In this document: positions 1 through 11,100 of the stretch, piece after piece
Numbering within the stretch: the stretch's first letter is position 1
Layout: every line of letters begins with the position of its first letter
Assembly: GCA_029717555.1 (NCBI GenBank)
Contig: JAMDHS010000014.1
Coordinates: 298,476-318,475, forward strand
Source of the DNA: Peribolospora baueri
Taxonomy: Eukaryota
Direction of reading: 5' to 3'
DNA length: 20,000 bases
Position numbers and translations under genes: made by a program
The notes under the pieces: model-generated
What the model was told of the DNA's origin: nothing
Databases searched by the model: none
What the model saw: only the letters and a program-made list of their open reading frames with translations

Positions 1-1461
1 ATAAGGATGCGAGCGATGATGAAGAGTACACTAGCGCCGGCGAGCATGCCGCCCCCGTAGAACGTCATGGAATTATAGATGTTAGCCGGGTTAACGTTGG
101 GGTCCTGCGCCGAGTTGGTGATGAGCCGACCGCCAGCCGGCTCGCCGCCGAGGACGCCCATGGCCATCACGGTGCACGACATGCCGACGTAGACGCCGGT
201 GAGGCGGGGTTGCGGGACCAGTCGGACGATGCCGGGGGTGAGCATGGCGACAACACCGCCGGAGGTGAAGCCGTAGAGGCAGGTCCAGACGATGATGGCT
301 GCGTTGGTCTCACAGGCGCTCCAGCAAAAGGCGAGGACGGTGGAGGCGACGCAGGCGGCGATAACCGAATTGGCTGTCCCGACGCGGTCCGCAGCGAAAC
401 CGGTGAACCAGCGGCCAAAGAAGGAGGCGGCGTTGAGGATAGCGGAAAAGTAGAATGCGGTCTCGGTGGAGGCGCCGCGGAAGATGCCGTACGGGGTGAG
501 GAAGAAGAAGGGGAGGTATAGGCCGAAGAAGGAGATGAGACAGGCCAAAGTCCAGAAGAAGAAGCGCGGGTCCGAAAAGGCCATCTTGAACGGGGGAGGG
601 CCTTTGCTCATGTTGCGAGGGAAACGTGTCTTGGTGAGGTATGAGGCGAGGAGAAGAACGGCGAGTTGAATGAAGGCCACGGCGCGGACAGCCCAGCCGA
701 ACGAGACGTTGTTAAAGTTGAGCATCCTGTTGAGCATGACCGGCCAGACGACGCCGCCGACGGACGAACCGCTGAGGGCGAGCGCGCTGGCAAGGTTGCG
801 CTTGGTGCTGAACCACTGCGTAGGAGCGGTGATGGCCGGGTTGAAGATGAGGCCGAGGCCGATGGCGCAACAGATTCCCTGGGCGAGGAAGAATTGGTAG
901 TATTCCTTGCAAATAGACGTCATGAAGATGCCAAAGACAAAGACGACGGTGCCGATGAAGTTGGGAGGCTGTGCCGGCAAGACAGGAAAGAGAGACGGAC
1001 GCAAGGAGAAGAAACGCGTCAACGCCGGTGCCGCCGGAGGCGCAAGCGAGACGAGTCCTCACCCTGGCTCCATACTTGTCAAGAAGGATGCCGGCGGGGA
1101 GACCGACGCCAAATATGCCCCAGAGCTGTAGGCTGCCAATCCACGCGATGGCCGATTCGGAGCGGTCCGCGAGCTGATGGGCCTTGTAATACGCTTGGAA
1201 GACACCGAAGGAGTTGACGATGCCGAAGCCGCAGAACATGGTGAGGAAGCCGCCGAGGACGACGAGCCAGGCCTCTCTGCCGCCGTCGGGGAACGTCATC
1301 GGCGGCGGGGCCGGGGGGGCCTGCGGAGCCGGCGTGACCTTGTCGTGGCCGTTCCCCTGGAGCTCCAGGTCGTTGACCGTGTCGGCCTGGCCCGCACGGA
1401 CGCTGTCGTCCTTCAACATTTGCATTGTGGATCCGCTGCTGTACCGGTAGGCACCGTCCAT
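1..1461 (-). CDS. MFS transporter, fungal monocarboxylate porter (MCT/Mch-like) family; 2 exons visible (1461-1063, 968-<1), 3' end beyond window
   Basis: ATG at 1461. The N-terminus has the family motifs FPDGGREAWLVVLGGF, GIVNSFGVFQAYY, SESAIAWIGSLQ and GILLDKYGAR. A 94-bp intron at 1062-969 (GTGAGG...pyrimidine tract...CACAG) restores the frame. The frame then continues EYYQFFLAQG, QWFSTKRNLASALALSGSSVGGVVWP, FGWAVRA, FFGLYLPFFF and LNAASFFGRWFTGFAADRVG without a stop to position 1. Confidence 0.95.
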
Positions 1462-1583
1462 AGGCGACGGGCGAGGAAGAAGGGTTTTGGACGGAGGGAC
1501 GGAGTCCGTAACAGGCGGATGAACGACTTGAGGTGGTCAGCGAACAAAGGAGCGAGAGGCGAGTAGACTGAGGGTCCACACGG

Positions 1584-1610
1584 GGAGAGAGAGAGAGCGA
1601 GAGAGAGAAA
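1584..1610. repeat. (GA)n/(TC)n microsatellite in the probable 5' UTR/promoter of the MFS gene
   Basis: Sequence gagagagagagagcgagagagagaaa; CT-rich on the MFS coding strand, about 125-150 bp upstream of its ATG. Confidence 0.7.
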
Positions 1611-4440
1611 GCAAAAGAAGGGGAAGCACAACGGTGGTGACGGGAGGACACGACGACAAGGGGGGGAGGGAGCTCAGCCGAGCTGGGGATCGGGAGCGTT
1701 TTAGGCGACCACCGGACGGGATTTGTAGGTGCGCCGGCGGCACGTACTGTATGCTGTCCTCTGCCGCTGCTCCCGTCGCCGTCGCCGCTTGCCTCCCTGC
1801 GCCCCGTCACCTCGTCAAGGCCGGGCGCACAAGCAAGCTCCGGCGCGCTTAAAAGTTGCCGGCCGGAGCGATTTAGTTTCAACTCAACGCCGTGGCCCTG
1901 GTTGCGCCCAGGCGTATTCGTTGCATGGTCCATCACTAAGTTAGCTAGTGGCGGAGACGCGCTAGGCCAGAGGCTAGGCCAGGCTAACTTGGCCATTTCC
2001 CACGCCGGCCCCACCGCGCAGCTCCAGCCGATTACAGTACATGTGTCCTGTGCCTCTTGTGTCTAATTAAGCCAGCTGACTTACACACGTCCACTCCACC
2101 GTGCTACTGCCTGGACGGCTAGTCGGAAATGTACTGGACGGAGTCGGCGCCTTTCTGATTCGCGCACATGGCTCCGCCATCGTTACAAGTATAGCTCGAC
2201 GTCGTGGACCTGGAATATCTGCTATATAATTGCTTTCCCTTTCCAGGACTGGAATGTTATTGATGTTAAAGCCAGTCGACGAACGGTGACCATACAGACG
2301 AGATCACATGCATCCTCCTTCCATATTATATGCTGCAGTGGCCTCCCAATAGTCGATATGGCCTTCTTGGATAGCGTAGGCTATCAGTGGCGTCCTATGT
2401 CAACAGCCACGCAAGAAAAATCAGCAACGATTGGAGAATGGTGGAGATCCGCTATGACGGCTTGTACAAGGGTGACGGATCTTGAAAAGACAGAACAAGT
2501 CAAACAATACACATCTCGATGTATAAACTGCATTTATCTTTGCTCTGGCCAAGCATTTTTTTTGGCACGGTCAGGTTGAGATCCACATCCTGTTGCATGC
2601 ATGCTGCTTTTCAAGTGAAATACGGACATCTACATGACGAGAGAGCTGCCTGAATGCACGAGAATCGGCTAGGCTGACGTTACGCTAGCGTTCGACGCTA
2701 CTGTTACGTAGTACGTAGGCCTACGCAATTTGAACTTGATGGCGCAAGCCACTGGATCGGGCCGTAAAATAGAGGAGGCTGACCTGTGCTGACTACCCAA
2801 CGTAATCACTTTCTGGCGCCAGAGGCGACATTTTTTTGTCTTGCAACCGGTCTCATTCCAGAGAAAAGTAGAGACTGATTCTGAGCCAGACAGGAGCCAA
2901 CCGGACGGCGGAAGATGTTCTTAAAGCTTGAGGTGGGCGACAAGGCGAAATCGCTGGGAATGTGAGAGGGACGAAGAGTGGAGAGAGGAAGATAGGAAGG
3001 AAAGAGACGAGGGGAGAAGAGAGAGATGGAGAAAAGACGATGGTTCCATGTCGGCGGGGCACATACATGCATGCATGCATGCAGCGGCGAAGGTCGACGG
3101 TGACGGAGACAGGAACGAGCTAGAAAAGGGAGGAAGAGCCTCGTGATGCGGGCGCGGCGTCGGAACGTTGAAGCCGTCCCAGTCGGTGTGCAAAGTCTCC
3201 ACCCGTTCCCGGCGTCCACGCCCAAGACCGCCAACGATCGGGCGCCAACGCGATCCGCAATAGTCGTCCCGTTTCATCGCACCGGGGATGGCGGTGGCAC
3301 TCCGCCGACATCCCAAGTCGAGCGAGCGGACCGGACGCCGAGGGTCGGATGTTGGCACCCTCCTCGACGCGGGACCAGCCGATGCCCCCTACGTAAGTAA
3401 CGTCGTCCAGAGAGCCATTGTCGGTCTGTGATCGCGAGGCCACGCTCGGCGGCGCACACACATCCACTCTCGTCCCGTTTGCGGGAGCGGCGTTATTGAT
3501 CCGTCCTATGCCCCGACCCATTACACCCATTAGTGTGCGAGCTGACAGCCGTATAGCCGTCGCGGAGGGGACGACGCCACCTCGACCCACCACCGGTATA
3601 TGTACACACATGATAAATGCCTCACCAGTGGCCTCGCAAGGCGGAGCGCAAGCCGGCCGCCGCAGCAAGCCAAACGCCGCCCCCCCCCTCTTGGTCCTCT
3701 TGGTCAATTCCCATGGTAGGGGACGCCGGCAGAACTGTTGCAATGGCTGCTGTTCGAGCATGCTTCATGAAGCATCTTCATACTCTTTCATTCCCGTCTA
3801 AAAACGACCCTGCCATCCTCACCTCGAAGATGTGGCCCGAGGACGAGAGATGAGCAGGAAAGCGAGCACGTGCTCGGGCAAGATTGTCTTGATTCCCACG
3901 AACACCACTCTATGCGCTAGTATGATACGGGTTTGTGTGGGACGTCCTTCACCGCTCGCTCTTGGTCGCCACCATGTAACGGCCACGGCGAAAGTAGCAG
4001 AGGGCCACAAGGCGCTATGCCGATGCTGCCGGCAACTTTAGTTCCGGCCCGCCGTCCGGCGTCGCTGGCCAGTCCGTATGACCGAGCGCGGCTCCAGCAC
4101 CCGAGCGGAGCGGCTAACACGCTAGGACCTCCTCCGAGCCCATCGACACAGGCTTCCAGAGCAAGAGGCCGCTGTCATGTAGGTCACGGCGGCGGAGGAC
4201 GACGAGGACCGGACTCCTCCCGCCCCTGCCCGGCGCTCCGTCTCGTTTTCGTTAAAAGTCGGCCGACCGGGCGGCCCCTTCCCGCGCGAGGGCCCCCGTC
4301 GACTCCTTCCATTCTTTGAACCCGCCCTGTTCGACAACTTGCTTCTGTGGTTCGCCGTTCGCCAGCGCCGCTCTGTCCTCGACGCCGGCAGGCCCGACTA
4401 CCCTCCACTCTCGTCCCGTCGCGTTTTGAAACCAGTCGCC

Positions 4441-5977
4441 ATGTCGTCAGGAGGCGTCATCGATCTCGGACAGGGGTATCACATCCCAGCCGACCCCGAC
4501 ACGTTGAAATATGAGGTCGAGGTGTTCCGGCACACGCTCATCGCCATCTATGCCTTGCTCGCATGGGAGCACATTGTCACCGCCCACGAAGAGATCTACC
4601 GGTGGAAGCAGCTCTTCAGGGGCGAGTTCGTCCCCATCAACATTTTCTTGCTCGTCGGGAGATACTGCGTAGAAGGCACGGCCATCACATCGGCCATCCT
4701 GTTCTTCGGTCAGCCGACCAGCTGTCAGGGGGTCTACACGAGCATCTACGTGCTGTACGCCATCGCGTGGGTGGGTGCCGCACCGCCGTGGAGCAACGAC
4801 GGAAAGTGGAGGAGAATTTCTTTCTCCTCCTCGGGGGAAAGAAGCGCGGTCCATGAAAGCGGTGTCCGGGCGCTTTGGCTGACGTCTTTCTTTTGTCTCC
4901 TCCCGTTTCCTTCCTTGGCCGTTCCCGTTTCAGACGGCGCTGGCCTGCATTTTCACCCTCCGTATCAAAGCCATTTGTCGCGACGACCGTCGTTACTGGT
5001 GGACCATGGCTATTCTGACCTTCCTGGGCTCCGGTCTCTGGATCGCCTCGATCCCTGGCTTCAAAGCCGAGAATTTGCCGGCGGAGATGCGGTTTCGGTA
5101 CTACCCCATCTGCATGCCTGTGCCCTCCCCTCAGTGGCGCGCGATGGGTTGGGCCGCGGGGTCGATCTACGACATCATCCTCGTTTTGATCACCGTCTAT
5201 CACGTCGTCTTCGAGATGCCCGGCCACTTCAACCGAAGCCTCAAGCGCTTCCTCTTCGACACATCCATCATGTACTTTGCCATCTCCCTCTCCTGCAACG
5301 TTGTCTGCCTCTTCGTTGAACTCTGCAATAAGGACATCATCTTCCAGGCTCTTCCAGTTCCCATCGCCCTCGCCTTCAACATGATCGTCGGCGCACGCAT
5401 CGTCTTCCATTCTGAGCTCTGGAGCGAGGGCAAGAACGCGTTGCTCGTCATCGACCCTCGCCGGCGGGCCGGTCGCCACCTGCCCCCGCGTTCCTTCATG
5501 GGGCTCGGTGGCAGCGCCATGTACAATCACGACTCCCCGTCGGGCACCTACGACGATCAAGGCCACCGAGTCGACGACGAACCGCCTTTCGCCAACCTCG
5601 CCTGGGTGAGGAAGAACACCTTCACCTTTGGTAAGGAGGGTGCCGCGAAGCGAGACGCGTACGGGGCGCCCATGCGCGGCAAGCACGCTCACGGCGACAA
5701 CAAGTCGGCGCGCTCACGTCCGTCTTGCAACGACCCCGACGTGCCGCTCGCTCGCCTGCAGCCGGCCTACGTCACCCCCTCCACGGCCTCAGAAAGAGCC
5801 GCCTCAATCGGCTCGACCTATTCTCCCGAAGACGAGTCCCTCCCAAGCCGCCCCGCCGGCGACCAGAAGCTCATGGAGATCCTCACCGAAGTCCGTGTCG
5901 CCCGCGAGACCCGCGATAATAGTGCGGAGGGCCGATCCGACCGGCGAGCGGACAGGACGTTCCTCCCAGACATGTAA
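4441..5977 (+). CDS. Multi-pass membrane protein with DUF6533-like N-terminus; 2 exons (4441-4770, 4934-5977), 457 aa
   Basis: ATG at 4441 in gccATG context. ALLAWEHIVTAHEEIYRW...FLLVGRY resembles the basidiomycete DUF6533 pattern (hhhYDhhhThxxEhxxhW...FhhxRY). A 163-bp phase-0 intron (GTGGGT, branch GCTGAC near 4878, TTTCAG) joins ORF 4339 to ORF 5006 in frame (...YAIAW|TALACIFTLRIKAIC...). About 6-7 hydrophobic segments are followed by a hydrophilic C-terminal tail. Confidence 0.85.
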
Positions 5978-6525
5978 CCCCCCTAGTCCTTGCTCTCTAC
6001 CCACGCTAGCAACTCCCCTGGTCCCTCGGTTCTTTCCCGTTCGGGACGCCGCTTCGCGATTTCAAGCTTTTCACAGCACGTGAGACCGCCCCGAGATCAT
6101 TGTCTATCCTCCCTTCGCCGCGTATAAACCCCTTTCCATATATCACTGTCGTTTCCTTGGTGTCTTCCTTTCCCTCCGTCTCTCTACGATCGTCGACGTT
6201 CCGCATAAGCGACTAGGCCAGGGACGTGCATCCTCGTCATGCCTTGAAATGATAGCCACCATAACTTTTTTTTGCTTTGTTTTGGCCGAGGTAGAATCGT
6301 TTGTCGTGTGTTTCGTCCTTCCGTGCCAGACATTGAGCATTCGGGCAGACACAGTTAGTCCGGCGGACCGAGACGGCGCATGGCCGACACGTTATTTACG
6401 GTATATGCCGTGGGAGCCGTCTAGACCAAGTTCTTTCATGCCATATTGACGCCCTTTGCGCCGCAGACGCCGTGCGAGTTACCGCGCGGCCGCCGCAGGT
6501 CGCACGTCGAATCGGGTCCCGGCCA

Positions 6526-7299
6526 GGGTTAGGGCTGGACCGTGACGACAGACGGTAGCGAAACTGCAACTAGCCGTGGGCCAGCACGAGGCGGAAAACC
6601 GTTCTCCTCGCGGGACGAATTCGTCCTGGGCCGTCGATTCGGCTGCACTGCCAAACAGTCGACGTCCTGCGTAGGTGAGGAGCGAGCGCAGGAGAGTCGA
6701 TACACTGCACCCACCACGGGCTCCTCAACGATCTGAACTTCTTGTTGGTAGGGCGGCCGACCGCCTATAACGTACTGTACCTTCATGGCACGCTCCCGTG
6801 CATTCCAGCGCGGCACGGCACACGCCATTTTCGGGTGCGGTGCCGAGTTAACGGTACAGACAAGAGTTGCTCGCCGCCGCAGCCAACACGGATATCGGCT
6901 CGTTTCGAATTTGTCCGTCCCAGAACGGACAGCTTCCGGCTGAGCTTCCAGAAGAGGCGAGTGGTACGCGATAGGTCTAGCGCCCGCGCACGTACCGTCC
7001 ATACCGCACTGGGCATCGCCCCAACTAGCGCTTCTGATGAAGAAAGGAGCGGTGCATGCACGTCGGCGCTCCTTTGGTGCCATGCACTAACACGTCTAGC
7101 GCAGTTGCTTCCGTGCACGGGCCACTCGGGCCAGGCTCCACTTCTCACGTCCCATATGTATCCTTTGTTCCTAGCTTCCCTTTGTCGTAATGTGTTCCTT
7201 TGTCCCATTGCACGACGCTGGACGTTGTTTGCCTCTATGTGGACATGTTGTGGGGTAGAACACATATATAAGATGGGCCGTCGACGGTAACCCTAACCC
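6526..7299. mobile_element. Possible non-autonomous TIR element (MITE-like) with telomere-like termini
   Basis: Left 6526-6547 is GGGTTAGGGCTGGACCGTGACG; the reverse complement of 7279-7299 is GGGTTAGGGTTACCGTCGACG. No coding capacity was recognised inside and no target-site duplication was found. Confidence 0.3.
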
Positions 7300-7498
7300 A
7301 GAATCATAAGGATCTCAAGCTGTTTATTCTACAGCTTCTGAATCCTCCGCCCACGGACGGACTCGCGCAACGCGACGCGATAGGTCTGGCGCCCGCGCAC
7401 GTCACTGTACAGAACATACTGCACTGCACTCTGCGCACTTCGCATCGCCCCACAACTAGCGTTTCTGAATCGTCCGCCCACCGACGGACTCGCGCAAC
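6966..7498 (+). repeat. Degenerate direct-repeat family (~127-bp period plus one displaced partial copy)
   Basis: ACGCGATAGGTCT[A/G]GCGCCCGCGCACGT occurs at 6966-6993 and 7375-7402, each followed by CATAC[C/T]GCACTG and GCATCGCCCC(AC)AACTAGCG[C/T]TTCTGA. TTCTGAATC[C/G]TCCGCCCAC[G/C]GACGGACTCGCGCAAC occurs at 7336-7371 and 7463-7498. Confidence 0.85.
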
Positions 7499-7629
7499 CC
7501 GCTCCGCGTCCCATTCCAAGAAGAGGGCTACGACCAAGTCGAGGGTGAAGGGGTTAACATTGGAATGATAAAAGCAGCCTTGCTGCCGGGGGATCGAAAC
7601 CTTTCCGCTGGTCGCTGTCCACCTCTACA

Positions 7630-7757
7630 GCAAGTTGCGGGTTGTGTTTTCCAGCGAGATCCGCTTGCAGACGGATAATGTTTGGGTCCGGTTAATGCAA
7701 GTTGCGGGTTGTGTTTGCCAGCTTGCAGACGGACAATCTTTGGGTCCGGTTAATGCA
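7630..7757 (+). repeat. Two-copy tandem duplication (67 bp and 58 bp) upstream of the PKS
   Basis: GCAAGTTGCGGGTTGTGTTT[T/G]CCAG...CTTGCAGACGGA[T/C]AAT[G/C]TTTGGGTCCGGTTAAT occurs at 7630-7696 and 7697-7754; the second copy lacks 9 bp. Confidence 0.9.
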
Positions 7758-8025
7758 CGCAAGGGCGAGAACTTTCCATTGACGAGACCGTGCTTGGGGA
7801 GAGGAGCGGAGAGGCGGAAAGAGGCAGAGGCAGCTTGGCTCGGTGCGGAGGGTAAACACTGCGCTGTCCGTTTTCCGGGCGGCTGCAAGTAACGAACTGT
7901 GGAAAGCTGGCGTCGCTGAATACTAGTTCGCGAATGTACGTCTCCGGTGACGGAAGCTACCTCTGGTCCGTTTCCCTAAGGCTCCCTGCGTTTGCTCCAC
8001 CAGCGCGGGATCCCCTAACGTCGCC

Positions 8026-8032
8026 TATAAAA
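8026..8032 (+). promoter_or_regulatory. TATA box candidate for the PKS gene
   Basis: TATAAAA lies in an otherwise GC-rich stretch, about 160 bp upstream of the ATG at 8189. Confidence 0.55.
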
Positions 8033-8188
8033 TATGCGGGCTAGCCGCGGTCGTTTCCGTCGGTCGTCGAGACTCCTCCACCCCTGATCGCACGTCCACG
8101 CCGTCCGGCCCCAACTTGTTCTCTCCCAACGACGCTGCCTCTGCTGAATACTGTTTCGAAACGTCAAACGTCCCTAGACGGGTCGGCC

Positions 8189-11100
8189 ATGGCGTCTGCA
8201 CGCACGACCCTTCACGCACCCCCTTACACTCAGCGAGGCCAGTCGGGATCTCGTCCCGACCCGGGCCCTAGCAAGCCCAACACAAGCGACCGATCACGGA
8301 GATCGAAGTTCGCTCGTTTTTCCATCTCTTCCTTTTCTTCCAGCCGCCTGCGCGACCGCGACCGCGACGTCCCGTCTCAGACTCCCTCTACCGACTGGTT
8401 GAACGTCGAAGCCCATCCATCAGCGCCACCATCGCCGTCTCGCTCGGCCGCGCCATTGGCAATTGTGAGAGCATGGTGATCTTGCCGTAATGGCCGCCCC
8501 GGCCCGGGAGACTTACACATCTCTTTCTTCATGCTCTTCGCCTGCCAGGTCGGCATCGCCTGCGAACTTCCTTCTCCCGCCGACCGGCCCGATAACCTCT
8601 CCTACCGTGACTTTTGGCGGTTTCTTCGCTCCGGAGGAGAGGCCTACAGCAAAGTGCCGGATGACCGGTTCGCAGCGGACAGGTGTGTGCCGGCCTCATT
8701 CAGACGTCTACTCGAGCTCGTTGCGCGGCTGCGGCGTGCGTCTGACCGTTGTCCTGCGTTTCTTTTGCAATGATGGACCGCCGGTTCGCTCTACCCTGAC
8801 GACAGGTGGAAAGGAAAAGGCCCGGGGCGGGTCGTGACAGACACCGGCGCCTTTGTCAAGCACCCTTCTCTGTTCGACCCACTGGAGTTCGGCATATCCA
8901 ACAAGGACGCCCCCTCTTTCCCAGTCAGCGCCCGCAAGCTGCTCGAGCTCTCTTTCCAAGCGCTCACCGACGCCGGCATCCCTTACCGCGGCAGGCGCGT
9001 GGGCTGCTATGTGTCCGGCGTGGCCCACGACCTCTTGTCCATGTCCGATGTGGACGAATACGCCGTCCCCGCCTCATTCGCTGGCGTGCCCGCCATGATC
9101 TCCAACAAGATCTCCTACCATCTCGACTTGCGTGGCCCCAGCTTGGCCCTGGACACCGCTTGCAGCTCAAGCCTCACCGCCTTCCACCTGGCCGCTCAGG
9201 CGCTGCGGCAAGGCGAGTGCGAAGCCGCCGTCGTGGGCGGCTACCAGTTCAACGCTAGGTGCGTCCCAACACCGGGCCCCGACTCTGGTGACGTCCGCAT
9301 CGACTTCCATGCGCTGACATCGTCCTTTCCTTTCTGCAGACTGTCAGATTGGATTTTCTACTCCCAGTCCGGCTTGCTGAGCCCCGACGGCAAATGCAAG
9401 CCGTTCGACGCTGACGCGAACGGGTGAGTCCGTCCCCCTGCGTCCATTGTATGCAATCCAGTCTCAGGTCTCACCGCTTCAGGGCCCTCCGCGTAGGTTT
9501 TCCCGAGGCGAAGGGGGATGTGTGGTGGTCGTCAAACCTCTTCTCGACGCCTTGAGGGACGACGACCGCATCTACGCCACGGTGAGGACGGTTCACAGAG
9601 TACAGCGGACCCAGCCGTAGCTGTCGAGCATGGGCCCCCCGTTGACACGCCTGTCCGCTCCGCTTTCATAGATCTTGGGAACTGCCATCAACAACGCCGG
9701 CTTGCAGGCTCCCGCTGGCGTGCCTGCCGCCGATGCCCAAGAAGAAGTGGCGAGACGCGCGTACCACGAAGCGGGCCGCTCGCCGCACGAGGTCGACTTT
9801 GTTGAATTGCACGCGACAGGTGCGAGCGTTGGCATCTTCTATGCTACATCTCCTGCTTTATCGCGTCGAGAAGCTGATTTGACCTGTTGGGTCGGATGGC
9901 AGGCACATCCGTCGGCGACCCCGTCGAGGCGAACATGGCGGGACGCTTCTTCTCCAAGGGCCGAGGGGACCGCCGGCTGTTGCTCGGCAGCGTCAAGGGC
10001 AACGTCGGACATCTGGAGATCACCGCCTTCCTCGTCTCCCTTGCCAAGGTCTGCCTGATGTTCGAACACGGCACCGTTCCGCCCAACGTCAACGTGCGAC
10101 GTCCGAATAACCGCATTCGCTGGGACGACTATCACATGGCCGTACCTATGGCCCCGCTCGCCCTCCCTTCTCACAGCCAGCCTGAACGCCCTCTGGTGTC
10201 CATCTGCAGCTATGGCATCGGCGGGTCCAACGGTCACGTCGTTCTGGAAGGTCCTCCCTCGCGATCGCAGGCCTCCCCCTCATCCCGCATCTTCGAGCGC
10301 TCGCCTACAACATGCCTTGTCGTTGCCGGCGGCCTGACGTCTCGGTCTTCCGCAGAAGTCTCCAAGGCGGCGGCCGTGACGTTGCAAAGCGCCCCGCCGT
10401 TCCTGCGGTCCGCGTTTTGCATGCGGATGGCGAGGTCGTCGCGTCAAATGATCTGGAGGTCTTACGCCGTGCGAGACTCCGACGACGGGACGGCGCTTGA
10501 CTTCGGCCCCCCGCGGCAAGTCCCCAAGGAGAGGCGCCCGCTGGTGTTCTTCTTCTCCGGGCAAGGGCCGCAGCACATCGGCATGGGGCGCGAGCTCTAC
10601 GCGCGATACGACGTCTTCCGCAGGACGATAGAAGAGCTGGACAGCTACGTGGAGCAATCCATGGGAAAGTCTCTCATCCGCGATTACGGTCTGTTCACGA
10701 CGAATGGGACCCAGAGCGACGTGCTGCCTGTAAAGGGCACCTGGCCCAACGCGGTCACCCTGCCCTCCCTCACCGTGGTTCAGATTGCCTTATTCGACCT
10801 TCTTTGCGCTCTCAGCCTCCGTCCCGATGTTGTCTTTGGTCACTCGGCCGGCGAGACGGCTCTGGCCTATGCATCCGGAGCGTGCTCGAAGCGCACGGCC
10901 GTTGAGATCGCGTGCGCGCGCGCCAAGGCCCTCGTTCCCGTTGAGAGAGCCGGAGGGACCATGGCCGCGTTATCGTGTTCCGTTAGAGCCGCCCAAAACC
11001 TCATCGACGAGGTCGTGGGCAGCACGATGGACGGCCGTCGGCCGTCCGTCGTCGTGGCGGCGCATAACGGCCCGGAGGCAGCTGCCATCGCCGGTTTGCG

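Noticed and set aside
167..2014. ORFs overlapping the MFS gene, including the 311-aa ORF 1079-2014 and acidic plus-strand ORFs
   Set aside because: They are off-frame or antisense readings of the transporter and its UTR, with low-complexity translations.
2200..2650. Lower-GC patch with a 97-aa ORF (2286-2579)
   Set aside because: The ORF has a non-ATG start and no motif, and the patch has no terminal repeats; it cannot be supported as a gene or element.
4339..5692. 326-aa ORF from 4339 and 335-aa antisense ORF as separate genes
   Set aside because: The first is exon 1 reading through the intron from a non-ATG start; the second is the antisense shadow of exon 2.
7288..7299. TAACCCTAACCC as a telomerase RNA template or a true telomere
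   Set aside because: Only two units are present, with no recognisable pseudoknot or CR4/5-like elements by eye. It is better explained as half of an inverted pair with 6526-6547. Not formally excluded without expression data.
6966..7757. Repeats as a CRISPR-like array
   Set aside because: Each repeat has only two copies, there is no regular repeat-spacer structure or cas gene, and the context is eukaryotic.
9887..9902. Start of the 2,285-aa ORF as the PKS start
   Set aside because: It lies inside intron 6. The KS catalytic Cys and first His are encoded in upstream exons.
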